The notes beneath the pieces are model-generated. The model did not search any database, was not told where the DNA came from, and saw nothing but the letters and a program-made list of their open reading frames with translations. This document shows, in pieces, positions 53,041-62,044 of a stretch of DNA of 64,000 bases; position 1 is the stretch's first letter; the number at the start of each line of letters is the position of its first letter. The stretch is from Candidatus Woesearchaeota archaeon (lineage in GTDB: Archaea > Nanobdellota > Nanobdellia > Woesearchaeales > GW2011-AR4). A program made the translations under genes and the position numbers. Location: the NCBI GenBank assembly GCA_016181305.1, contig JACOZN010000010.1:32001-96000 (forward strand). Direction: 5' to 3'.

Positions 53041-53445
53041 TTACTGCGAATGCTCTGAATCTATCCTGCCGTCAGGCCTTCCGGCATCGTCCTCTATCCT
53101 TATCACATCATCCACTTCAGGAGTCGAGACTTCCTGCAGGATTACATCAGTCAATGCTATCACGCGGTGCTTTCTGGGCGGCTTGACTGTAAAAAAGCTG
53201 CCTTTTTCCATGATTTTTTCCTCCACAATTCCTTTGTCGTTCTCGAGCCAGACTTCGGCCTTTCCGTCTATTATATAATTGGTTTCAAGCTTTTTTTTGT
53301 GGTACTGGAAGCTTGTCCTTGCGCCCTTGTTGATGCAGATCCGCTTATAGCAGTATTTTTCGTTTAATTCCAGCCAGATCTCCTTTCCCCACGGCTTCCT
53401 TACGATTTTTGGGAACCCGCCGCCATCAAGGTTTTTTTCTGCCAT
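53041..53445 (-). CDS. Cupin-domain protein (mannose-6-phosphate isomerase type II C-terminal-like)
   Basis: 'KPWG', 'RTSFQYH..KLET', 'KHRV', 'EVST..VDDVIRIED' motifs. Confidence 0.85.
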   Translation of the reverse strand: MAEKNLDGGGFPKIVRKPWGKEIWLELNEKYCYKRICINKGARTSFQYHKKKLETNYIIDGKAEVWLENDKGIVEEKIMEKGSFFTVKPPRKHRVIALTDVILQEVSTPEVDDVIRIEDDAGRPDGRIDSEHSQ

Positions 53446-54442
53446 ATGCTGATTGGTAATGCCCGATTACTTCCATTATGCTGTTTATTATAGTTTCCTG
53501 GATTTCCACCCTTTTTTCGAGCAGCCCAATTATCTTTTTATAGCCATCAGAGGCAAAATGGTAGTGCCCTGCCATAAGCGCGCACAGGAACTTGTTTTCA
53601 GGATTGCTGCTGTGCATCCATTTCTTCCATTTTCCTCCCCTGTAAACTTCCTCGGCGAAATCATCAAACTTTATCCCGTATTCAAGGCATTTGCCCAGCA
53701 CAACGCTTGTCTGCACCACCCCGAGCTGCGGCGCTATGTTCATAGCATCAACAATGCCAATCCTATCGGAAATCTCTTCCCTAGAAAGGTAGTCTGCATT
53801 ATGCTCCTTTAATTTGAGGCTGTTTTCCTTTAAGATTGGGCGGACTTTTTCTATGAATTTTTTGTTGAAATTGCCGACCTGGCTGATTTCCTTTACAAGG
53901 CTGCCTGTCTGCACCACATAAAACTCAGGATTGCAGAAACCCTTGAAAAAGCTGATTTCTTCCCTCAGCTCCGGCACGTTCATAAACCCGAAATTCATTC
54001 CTGTGTTTTCATCAGTGCCGACTTCCAGAAGAATTTTGGGGTTTAATGACAGGCACCTCTCAATCGCTTTTTTTGACTCTTCAAACCTCTCGTCCTTGCT
54101 TCCCTTGAAATGGCAAAAATCTATATGAATCAGGTCGAAGCCGTTTTTGATATCGGTTTCAATGGTTTTGTAAGTGTCCTCCAAATCATAAATTCCATTA
54201 AAGCCGGGCCCGCAATGGTCCCTGCACACCTTGACGCTGCTGAAATGATATTTTTTCCCCATTTCATTCAGAAAGCCGGCATACTGGCTTGTTGTCCAAT
54301 TGTTGACATATCCTCCAGAATGGTCTATCTGGTTTTTTGAAGCTATCAGCATCAGCTCTGTTCTTTGGTAATTTGAGTACCTGAACGCAGCTTCTATAAT
54401 CTCAGAACTTAACGGGCCGATTCCAAGGTTTGATTTGAGCAT
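53426..54442 (-). CDS. GatZ/KbaZ-like TIM-barrel protein (tagatose-6-phosphate 4-epimerase / class II aldolase-related)
   Basis: 'LMLIASKNQID..GGY', 'RDHCGPG', 'IHID', 'EVGTDE', 'KEHNADY' motifs. Confidence 0.72.
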   Translation of the reverse strand: MLKSNLGIGPLSSEIIEAAFRYSNYQRTELMLIASKNQIDHSGGYVNNWTTSQYAGFLNEMGKKYHFSSVKVCRDHCGPGFNGIYDLEDTYKTIETDIKNGFDLIHIDFCHFKGSKDERFEESKKAIERCLSLNPKILLEVGTDENTGMNFGFMNVPELREEISFFKGFCNPEFYVVQTGSLVKEISQVGNFNKKFIEKVRPILKENSLKLKEHNADYLSREEISDRIGIVDAMNIAPQLGVVQTSVVLGKCLEYGIKFDDFAEEVYRGGKWKKWMHSSNPENKFLCALMAGHYHFASDGYKKIIGLLEKRVEIQETIINSIMEVIGHYQSAYGRKKP

Positions 54443-54468
54443 AAGCTAATGCCTCATGGCTTTCTTTT

Positions 54469-56058
54469 TTAGCCAGATTCCTTCAGGGATTTATAAAGCA
54501 TGCTCTTTCCAAGGTAGTACAGCATCAGGTCAAATGGGTCGTTGTGCAGCGGCGCCATGTTCAGGAATATGAGGGAGGTGAGTATTTTTACCTTGCTGAT
54601 ATCAAAATTGTTTCTTTTCAGGAACCTTTCATATTCTTCCTTTGCCTCGAGCAAATCGCTTTTTATGTAGTAATTGTAATAGACGCTTGAGCCGCTTGTG
54701 TCAAAAGAGAACATGCCCTCTTTAATTAGCTGGTAAGAGATAATAACGCCGCCGTAAAGCTTTGCAAGGTCATAGTACAGGTCGCCTGCCTTCATAAACC
54801 CACCAAAGTCCTGGCGCCAGTCCAGCAGGATAAATTTTTGAAGGTGGCTTTTCTCGTCTCGGGCAGCCAGAATATTGTCAAACTGCAGGTCTCCGTGGAA
54901 CATTACAGGGATTCCGTCGCATACGCTGTCCCAGTTTATTTTCTCCAGAAGCTCCTTAAGCATCGGGACTGATACGCCGTTGATGTTGTTTGAATGGTCA
55001 ATCACCCCTGTTTTGCCGTAAAAGCGCTCCAGCCTGTTCATGGTCTTGTCGTAGTAAAATTTGCGGCATGCTTTCCTGAATTCTTCAAGCTCCTCTTTCT
55101 GCAGCTCCGGATTCTTCCAGAGGTTTGTTTTTGCCCAATAAAGGAAGTCGGTGACTATCTGGGTGTTAAGGACGCTGTAGAGCACGTTGCCGTCTATTTT
55201 TCTGTACGCAAAGAAGCTGCCTTTTTGCGACTCTATCCCGGGCACAAGCCCTTTCAGGTAGCGGGCGCGCTCGCACCTTTTTCTTGTAACTTCAGGATCT
55301 GCAAAATATTTTATAACCTTGCCGTTGATAAAGTAAATGAACCCGTCTGCCTTGCTGAAGTCAAATTTCTGCTCCCCTCCTGAAAAGTTCTTGTTGGTCT
55401 CCGCATAATTTTCAAAAGTCCCTGTGTCAAACCATGTGAATCCTATCGGGACAAGCTTTTTTTCTATGAGCTTCTTGAAGCCGTTTGAAACCTGGATTTC
55501 CCCGCTTACCGGCTCCTTGTTTTTTTCCAAGGCCTCAAAAAAAGCCCCGTAATCATAAACACCTGCAAGGCCTATGAACGCGTACTTGTTGTCTGTTTTA
55601 ATCTTGTCGTCCAGCTGGTAAATAAGCTCGTTCCTGATTTTCACAGTGCAGTATTTCTCTGTTTCCTTTACAGGCGCTATGCCAAACCAGTTTTTGTCTG
55701 GAACAGGCACATCTTCAAGCACTATTGTGTCGGCAGCAAAGAATATGAAAGGGCACTGGAGCAAGTCCCTGCACTGCAGCAAAGAATACCCAGGACCGGT
55801 CCCGGGACCCATGTACCTGTCCACTGCAACAAAGCTGAATTTTCTCTCAGGATAAGCTATTGACAGGTAGTCTATTACAGTCTCCTTCTTATGCCCGACA
55901 GCTACGACTATCTCTATATCTTTTGGAAATTTCTCGACAATGTAAGAAATCACGCCCTTGAAATTCACAGGGAGTATTGCCTTGTTGACATGGTTGTAGA
56001 TATCGCCCATTCTGCTTCCTATGCCTGCCGCCAAAATGCATACTTTGTAGTTCATCAT
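54469..56058 (-). CDS. NTP-transferase + APH/choline-kinase-like phosphotransferase fusion
   Basis: N-terminal 'ILAAGIGSRM...NKAILP', 'GWFDTG'-type end of domain; C-terminal 'HGDLQFDNIL', 'LLDWR', 'GDLYYDLAKL'. Confidence 0.82.
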   Translation of the reverse strand: MMNYKVCILAAGIGSRMGDIYNHVNKAILPVNFKGVISYIVEKFPKDIEIVVAVGHKKETVIDYLSIAYPERKFSFVAVDRYMGPGTGPGYSLLQCRDLLQCPFIFFAADTIVLEDVPVPDKNWFGIAPVKETEKYCTVKIRNELIYQLDDKIKTDNKYAFIGLAGVYDYGAFFEALEKNKEPVSGEIQVSNGFKKLIEKKLVPIGFTWFDTGTFENYAETNKNFSGGEQKFDFSKADGFIYFINGKVIKYFADPEVTRKRCERARYLKGLVPGIESQKGSFFAYRKIDGNVLYSVLNTQIVTDFLYWAKTNLWKNPELQKEELEEFRKACRKFYYDKTMNRLERFYGKTGVIDHSNNINGVSVPMLKELLEKINWDSVCDGIPVMFHGDLQFDNILAARDEKSHLQKFILLDWRQDFGGFMKAGDLYYDLAKLYGGVIISYQLIKEGMFSFDTSGSSVYYNYYIKSDLLEAKEEYERFLKRNNFDISKVKILTSLIFLNMAPLHNDPFDLMLYYLGKSMLYKSLKESG

Positions 56059-56255
56059 TTTTGCTCAAAATTTGTTATGCCAAACCAATGCATAAAATGT
56101 AAAGTTAGTCTTTTTGATTTGTCAAAAACCATTCATTATCAGGTAGTATGCTTGCTTTTATAAAACATTTGCATGATTTTGGACACTCAAAATTACGCTA
56201 ATTTTACCTTTGGTTTTCACACAAAATTCCATGATATGTATTCGTTACAATTCTT

Positions 56256-57089
56256 CTATTTCAGACGAGTGGAATTTTGTTGTTTAAAGCTGTCTAATGC
56301 CTGCCTGATGAAACTTTCCGGCAGCTCTTTTCCTGCGTATATCCTGAACTGCTCAGCAGCCTGGTAAACTGCCATTTTGCAGCCGGGTATTATTATTTTT
56401 TTTTGCCTTAAAGCCTCGTGAATAAGCTGTGTTTCGGGTATTACAACGTCCATTACTGCATAAAAATTTGAAACCGTCTTTTTTGAAACAGCGGTCTCGC
56501 TTTTGCTGTCCATTCCAATGCTTGTTGCATTAACCAGCAAATATCCTTGTTCTTTTGCAATGTCTTTCCAGCCTATTAAAGATGCTTTCAATGCTTTTGC
56601 AAGCATCTCGCCATTGTTTTTTGTCCTGTTGGCGATTGCCAGTTTCCCGCCAAGCTCCTTAACAGCGTGGCCTATTGCCCTTGCCGCCCCTCCTGCGCCG
56701 AGCATGAGCACCTTTTTGTTTTTGACTGAAAGCGTCTTTTGCAGCGCCGTTTTTGCGCCGTAAAAATCAGTGTTGTAGCCCTTTAATTTTCCATTCTGGT
56801 TCAATATTGTGTTCACTGCGCCTGTCTTTTTTGCTGAATCGTCAAGAGCATCAACCATGCCTGCAGCACGAGCCTTGTGGGGCATTGAAACGCTGCAGCC
56901 ATGAAAATTGCGCCTGACTAATCCAATCACAGGCTCAAGCTCCCCATAGCTGACTTTTAGCGGGAAATATATGTAGTTAAGCCCGAGCAGCGCATAGCCT
57001 TTATTGTGGAATTCAACTCCAAAAGTGCCTGGCTTTTCGGCGATTGAAATGCACTTTTTTGTGTTTTTGTCGAATCTGGCGGATGTCAT
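56256..57089 (-). CDS. Shikimate dehydrogenase-like protein (SdhL/HI0607-type subclass of the AroE family)
   Basis: 'TKKCISIAEKPGTFG..FHN', 'SVSMPHK', 'AVNT', 'YNTD', 'LGAGGAARA', 'VNATSIGM', 'QAAEQF' motifs. Confidence 0.8.
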   Translation of the reverse strand: MTSARFDKNTKKCISIAEKPGTFGVEFHNKGYALLGLNYIYFPLKVSYGELEPVIGLVRRNFHGCSVSMPHKARAAGMVDALDDSAKKTGAVNTILNQNGKLKGYNTDFYGAKTALQKTLSVKNKKVLMLGAGGAARAIGHAVKELGGKLAIANRTKNNGEMLAKALKASLIGWKDIAKEQGYLLVNATSIGMDSKSETAVSKKTVSNFYAVMDVVIPETQLIHEALRQKKIIIPGCKMAVYQAAEQFRIYAGKELPESFIRQALDSFKQQNSTRLK

Positions 57090-57227
57090 TTTGTCGGATG
57101 AATGCCTTTAAATACAATTCTCAGCGAATATATGGTTAATTATATTTTACCCCATCCACGATAAACTCCATCAATATTTAAAGATTACTCTCTCTTAGTG
57201 CTGCAAACTTTGGAGAGACAATAGAAA

Positions 57228-58349
57228 TTATTGCATACCCTGAAGCTGCTCCCACAACTGACTTTCTATCGCGGGCTCTTTCCCAGCGAGATTTTTGGCT
57301 TCGGACTTGTCTTTCTCAAGATTGTAAAGCTCTTTCTTTTTACTTGTCTCGTTGTATATTAGCTTCCAATTGTTTGTGCGCACAGCCTTAACGTTATGCT
57401 TTTCCGGAGAAGGTGTTGGTCCGCCCAAGCCGCCTGTTTCTGAGTATGCAATCCTGTCCTCTTCTTTTCCGTGAATAATATCCAAAAATGATTTTCCCTG
57501 AACCGGCTTGTAGCCGTTTTTTTCTATTATATCAAGAATTTCAAGTATGGTTGGCATTAAGTCAATGCTCCTTATCTGGGAGTTTATTATTTTGCCTTTT
57601 GGGAACTGCTTCCCTATTGCATAAAGAAAGCATCTTATTGTGTAATCATAAAGATACACTCCATATGCCTTTTCGCCAATCCTGTCTCCCACACTCACTC
57701 CATGGTCCGTGAAAATAAAAATTATTGAATCGTCCCATAAGCCAAGCTCTTTTATTCTGCCTAGAATTATCTTGAGGTAGTCGGCGCTTGACCGCAATGA
57801 GTTTAGATAATTCTTAAGATTTGCTTCCTTGTTCTTAAAGTATTCCTCATCAAAATCAGTGTATTTCTTGATTACATTTTTGAGAAGCTCGGGGTGAATC
57901 TTGACATAATCCAGGTAGAGAAAAAAAGGCTGCTTTGGCTTTATCTGGTTGAGGACTTCCAAGTGCCTTGCGGTTAAGTCATCTTTGAACTCATCGTAAA
58001 CTCTTACCTTGTCAAAGCCCTGGGTTGGAAGCACATTTTCATTGTGAATGTCTGTTTCTGTGCAGTAGCCATTGCCTTTGAGGTACTGCGCCAGCGTGAA
58101 GCACCCCTTCTTGTCAAAGCCGAAGCTTTTGTAGTAGCCGTTGACGCCGTTTGAATTGCCGTACATGCCCGAGAATGTGGCGTGCAAAGAAGCGATAGTA
58201 TAAGGAGCGTAAGTAATCATTGACGGGAAGAACGTTGATTCTTTTTTCAGCTCCTCGTAGATTGGAACTTTGCCTATCAGGTCATGCCTGGCGCCATCTA
58301 CCAGAATCATAATTACGTTCGGTTTTTTCTTTTTGAAGAGGCTCAGCAT
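57228..58349 (-). CDS. Soluble sulfatase-fold (alkaline phosphatase superfamily) enzyme
   Basis: 'PNVIMILVDGARHD', 'APYTIASLHATFSG', 'FTDHG', 'WKLIY', 'LYNLEKD' motifs. No TM helix. Confidence 0.85.
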   Translation of the reverse strand: MLSLFKKKKPNVIMILVDGARHDLIGKVPIYEELKKESTFFPSMITYAPYTIASLHATFSGMYGNSNGVNGYYKSFGFDKKGCFTLAQYLKGNGYCTETDIHNENVLPTQGFDKVRVYDEFKDDLTARHLEVLNQIKPKQPFFLYLDYVKIHPELLKNVIKKYTDFDEEYFKNKEANLKNYLNSLRSSADYLKIILGRIKELGLWDDSIIFIFTDHGVSVGDRIGEKAYGVYLYDYTIRCFLYAIGKQFPKGKIINSQIRSIDLMPTILEILDIIEKNGYKPVQGKSFLDIIHGKEEDRIAYSETGGLGGPTPSPEKHNVKAVRTNNWKLIYNETSKKKELYNLEKDKSEAKNLAGKEPAIESQLWEQLQGMQ

Positions 58350-58362
58350 TTTAATTGAGGCT

Positions 58363-59739
58363 TTATTCCATATAGCCCAGCTCTCTCAGCAGCTTTTTTG
58401 ATTTATCATCCATGCTTGACAAGTCAGCATCACCTTCATTGCTTTGCTGCTTTAAAAAATCCAGCATCTTTTGTTTCATTTCAGATGCAACTTCTTTTTC
58501 TTTATTTATCAGATTATTTGTCTCATTGGGGTCGTCCTTTAGGTTGTAAAGCTCAAAAATATCGTTTTGTGGGTGCGGAATGTAGATGAGTTTCCAGTCT
58601 CCTATTATCATCGTACGCCATTTTCCCCTTATTCCCGGGAAGAATATTCTCTTATGCCCCTTGAAATGCTCTTCAAGGCTCTCGGCAAAGACAAACTCCC
58701 TGCCTTTTAGGGTTTCTCCCTTAATTAAAGGCAGCAGGCTCATGCCGTCCACCCTGTCAATCAAAGGCACGTTGAGCATGTCCATTATCGTGGGCATTAT
58801 GTCGATGTTCTGCACTCTTTGCTTTATAATCTTGCCCTTTGGAACCAGTTTTGGATGCCTGAATATTAAAGGTATCCTCAAGCTCGGCTCATAGAGGCTT
58901 GCAGCATGCTGGAAGTAAAAATCATGCTCGCCGAAATTCTCGCCATGGTCCGATGTAAGAATGACTAAAGTTTCATCTTCAAGCCCAGTCTCCTTTAACG
59001 TGTCCAGGATTCTGCCAATCTGGGTGTCAACATATTTTATAGCTCCGTCATAATGCGCTATTGCATGCTCCATCTCCTCTTTTGGAAACTTGACATGCCC
59101 GAACAAGATGTCGCCTCTTGCCAGTTTCCCATCGGCTAATGTGTTGAAGTCGTGGCTGCCTTTATAGCCGGAATCAAACATATGTTCATAGGGCTTTGGA
59201 GGCCAGTAAGGCCAGTGCAGGTCTATGGGATGGTGGCATAAAAAGAATTTTTCATTGGAGTGCTTTTTTATCCACCTTATCGCTATTTGAGTATGCTGCT
59301 CAGTCAGGCCAAGAAAATTCTTGGGATTTAATATTTTATAAATGCCCCTTTTGATTTTGTTTTCAATTTTCCACGTGAGCGGATTGAACTCCTGAAACCC
59401 TTTTTTCATGGCTGGCTCGCTCAGAACGTCTACATCAAGGTATGCATTCCTGAAGCCGTGGCTTTGAAGTATTTCAGGCAATGTTGTTACAGACTCATTG
59501 AACTTGTTGTTGGAGACAAGCCTTATGCCATGGTTATGCGGATAGACTCCTGTGAATGCGGACAATATGGATGAATTTGTCCATGGAAAAGGGCAATACG
59601 CGTTCGAGAAGCTCGTGCCTTCTTTTGCCAGCCTGTCTATGTTCGGGCTTGTAGCCCTTGCATAGCCGTTTGCGCTTAAATGGTCAGGGCGCAGTGCATC
59701 CACTATAAACATGATTATGTTCATTTTGCCTAAGGGCAT
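58363..59739 (-). CDS. Soluble sulfatase-fold (alkaline phosphatase superfamily) enzyme
   Basis: 'NIIMFIVDALRPDH', 'TSPNID', 'FPWTNSSILSAFTG', 'DLHWPY', 'LTSDHGENF', 'LYNLKDDP' motifs. No TM helix. Confidence 0.87.
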   Translation of the reverse strand: MPLGKMNIIMFIVDALRPDHLSANGYARATSPNIDRLAKEGTSFSNAYCPFPWTNSSILSAFTGVYPHNHGIRLVSNNKFNESVTTLPEILQSHGFRNAYLDVDVLSEPAMKKGFQEFNPLTWKIENKIKRGIYKILNPKNFLGLTEQHTQIAIRWIKKHSNEKFFLCHHPIDLHWPYWPPKPYEHMFDSGYKGSHDFNTLADGKLARGDILFGHVKFPKEEMEHAIAHYDGAIKYVDTQIGRILDTLKETGLEDETLVILTSDHGENFGEHDFYFQHAASLYEPSLRIPLIFRHPKLVPKGKIIKQRVQNIDIMPTIMDMLNVPLIDRVDGMSLLPLIKGETLKGREFVFAESLEEHFKGHKRIFFPGIRGKWRTMIIGDWKLIYIPHPQNDIFELYNLKDDPNETNNLINKEKEVASEMKQKMLDFLKQQSNEGDADLSSMDDKSKKLLRELGYME

Positions 59740-59775
59740 ATTCACTAGTTTAAAAATCTATATTAAGCATGCAAA

Positions 59776-60639
59776 TCAGCCGGTTCTGCGATTCTTTAAT
59801 GCCGCCAATACTTTATAGGGAACTTTAAGTTTTCCGAGAACCTGCCCTTCCCTTCCGTGAAAGTCAGAGCCGCCTGTCTCGAGAAGCCTGTATTTTCCGG
59901 CTATATTCCGGAACTTTTTGTTGATTTTGCTGCTTTGCGCAAAGCCTGTGTGGTATCTTGAGCTTTCATAATTGTAGTATGTCTCCAGCCCGTCTCCGCC
60001 GTTTTTTATAAAGTATTTTATGAATTCTTCAATGCTGAAATTGCTGTACACGCCGGGATGAGATATTAAAGCAAAGCCTTTTGCAGAGTGTATTGCATTT
60101 ATCGCCTGCTTTATGCCTATCTTGTTTTTTCTCTCAGCATAAGCCTTTTTGCCCACTGCAAGGTACTTATCAAAAATCTTATCTATAGAGTTTACTTTAT
60201 CGGGGTTGTTCTTTAGGATTGCTTTGGCAATATGCGGCCTTCCTATCTCGCCTTTTGCGAGTTTCTTGACTTCTTGGTACGTGATTTTGAAGCCCAGTTT
60301 TTGGAATTTTTTAATTATGTCTTTTTTTTGGCTTTCCCTGTATTGCTGGGCTTTTCTCAACAGGGAATTTAAGGATTTGTTTTTATGGTTGATAAACAAT
60401 CCGAGAATATGTGTATCCACAAATCCTTTGTCATCGCAGCTTATCTCAACACCCGGAATAACCTCTATGCCTTTTCCCTTGGCGGCGCTTAAAGCCTCGT
60501 CTATGCCGCCTACAGAGTCATGGTCTGTTATTGCTATTGCTTTCAGCTTTTTCCTCAAAGCCAGCCTGACAAGCCCTTTCGGGGTTAATGCCCCGTCAGA
60601 AGCTGTTGTGTGGCACTGGAGGTCTATGTTTTTTGGCAT
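59776..60639 (-). CDS. PHP-domain phosphoesterase (TrpH/YciV-like)
   Basis: 'DLQCHTTASDG', 'AITDHD', 'GVEISC', 'HILG', 'GRPHIA', 'SHP', 'TGGSDFHG' motifs. Confidence 0.88.
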   Translation of the reverse strand: MPKNIDLQCHTTASDGALTPKGLVRLALRKKLKAIAITDHDSVGGIDEALSAAKGKGIEVIPGVEISCDDKGFVDTHILGLFINHKNKSLNSLLRKAQQYRESQKKDIIKKFQKLGFKITYQEVKKLAKGEIGRPHIAKAILKNNPDKVNSIDKIFDKYLAVGKKAYAERKNKIGIKQAINAIHSAKGFALISHPGVYSNFSIEEFIKYFIKNGGDGLETYYNYESSRYHTGFAQSSKINKKFRNIAGKYRLLETGGSDFHGREGQVLGKLKVPYKVLAALKNRRTG

Positions 60640-60658
60640 TTTTATTTTTGATATTATT

Positions 60659-62035
60659 TTAATAAGCCGGCGCAAATACAGCCGAGTAAGCTGCTTTTTT
60701 GCCGCAATGCACGCATTTGCCTGACTTTATCGGACGAACAACCCTAACTGAATTTTTGTTTGCCTTTTCCCTTATCTGCTTTGCGCAGCCTATACTGCCG
60801 CACCATAATGCCTCTATAAACCCTTTCTTTCCGGAAGCAATTTTCTCAAATTCCTGCCATGAGCCTACTTTTGAGATATGGCTGCTGTGGAATTCTTTGG
60901 CTTTCCTGCAGAGGTTGTCCTGAATTGAATTTAATGTTTTTTGTATTTCTTTTAATAATAAATTTTTACTTGTCTTGGTTTTTTCCAATGTGTCCCTTCT
61001 AATTAATGTAAAGTTATTTTTTTCAGATAAAACTATGATCGGGGCGCCCATCAAAATCCAATAGCCAATTTTTTCATTATTGCTTTTTTTTGACTCATCA
61101 TTAAAAACCCTGATTCCATTATTTTTTAATAAATCAAACATTTTTTCATTGAAATCCGCAAAAACAACTTGATAAGGCGCGATTTTCGGCGGAATTACCA
61201 GCCCTTTGTTGTCGCCATGAAGCATGGCTAATGCCCCGATAACCCTCGTTGTTATCCCGTTGCAGGCTTGATAGGCAAACTCGCCTTTTCCGCTTTTATT
61301 CCTGAATTTTATGCTGAATGCCTTGCTGAAATTCTGCCCTAGATAATGCGATGTTGCAGTCTGGACTGACTTGAAGTCAGGCATCAGCGATTCAAGGGCA
61401 AGCGTGTATTCAGCGCCCGGGAACATCCTATGCTCCGGCTTAAAGCCGCTTATTACCGGCATTGCAAGGCAATTTTCATGCAAATCCCTGTAGACATCCA
61501 GTATCTTCCTGACATATTCGTCTGCCTCTTTTTTTGTGGAATGGACTGAATGGCTTTCCTGCCACAGGAACTCGTTGCCTCTCAATAAAGGCATATTCGG
61601 CTTGAACGACTCCCATCTCATCACAGAGCAGTATTGGTTTATGCACAGAGGAAGATGCTTTTCCTCCTTGACCCATTTTGCTAGGGATTCATAGATTATT
61701 GCCTCTGAGGTTGGCCTTATCACATATTCCTCCTCAAGAGTGCTGTGCCCTGCCTTGGACACAACAAGAACTTCCCTGAAGAAATCCTCAAAGTGCTTTG
61801 TCTGCTTCTTGAAGGACTTCAATGGAATGAGCGCAGGGAAGTAATATTCTTTAAATCCCAACGGCATTAATTTATTGTCTAAATAGCTCTTTATCAGGCT
61901 CCATATCATAAGGCAGTATTCATGATAAACGACGCAGCCTTTCACTGCAGAAAAATCAACAAGCTTGGAAGCTTCTATAACTTCATGGTACCACTTCACA
62001 AAGTCTTCTTCCTTATTGGTTTTGACAGAAATCAT
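60659..62035 (-). CDS. proS: Prolyl-tRNA synthetase, archaeal/eukaryotic type, divergent in the anticodon-binding domain
   Basis: 'IRPTSE', 'VMRWE', 'EFLWQESH', 'QTATSHYLGQNF', 'HGDNKGLVIPP', C-terminal Zn Cys residues and terminal Tyr ('FAPAY'). Confidence 0.85.
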   Translation of the reverse strand: MISVKTNKEEDFVKWYHEVIEASKLVDFSAVKGCVVYHEYCLMIWSLIKSYLDNKLMPLGFKEYYFPALIPLKSFKKQTKHFEDFFREVLVVSKAGHSTLEEEYVIRPTSEAIIYESLAKWVKEEKHLPLCINQYCSVMRWESFKPNMPLLRGNEFLWQESHSVHSTKKEADEYVRKILDVYRDLHENCLAMPVISGFKPEHRMFPGAEYTLALESLMPDFKSVQTATSHYLGQNFSKAFSIKFRNKSGKGEFAYQACNGITTRVIGALAMLHGDNKGLVIPPKIAPYQVVFADFNEKMFDLLKNNGIRVFNDESKKSNNEKIGYWILMGAPIIVLSEKNNFTLIRRDTLEKTKTSKNLLLKEIQKTLNSIQDNLCRKAKEFHSSHISKVGSWQEFEKIASGKKGFIEALWCGSIGCAKQIREKANKNSVRVVRPIKSGKCVHCGKKAAYSAVFAPAY

Positions 62036-62044
62036 ATTGGCGAA

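Noticed and set aside
56059-56255. Short palindromes (TTTTTGA..TCAAAAA, TTTTATAAAA) in a 197-bp spacer
   Set aside because: Short AT-rich symmetries with no TIR/TSD structure and no credible ORF.
57175-57189. 15-bp match TATTTAAAGATTACT shared with 37557-37571
   Set aside because: Most simply a shared BRE/TATA consensus rather than a specific repeat.
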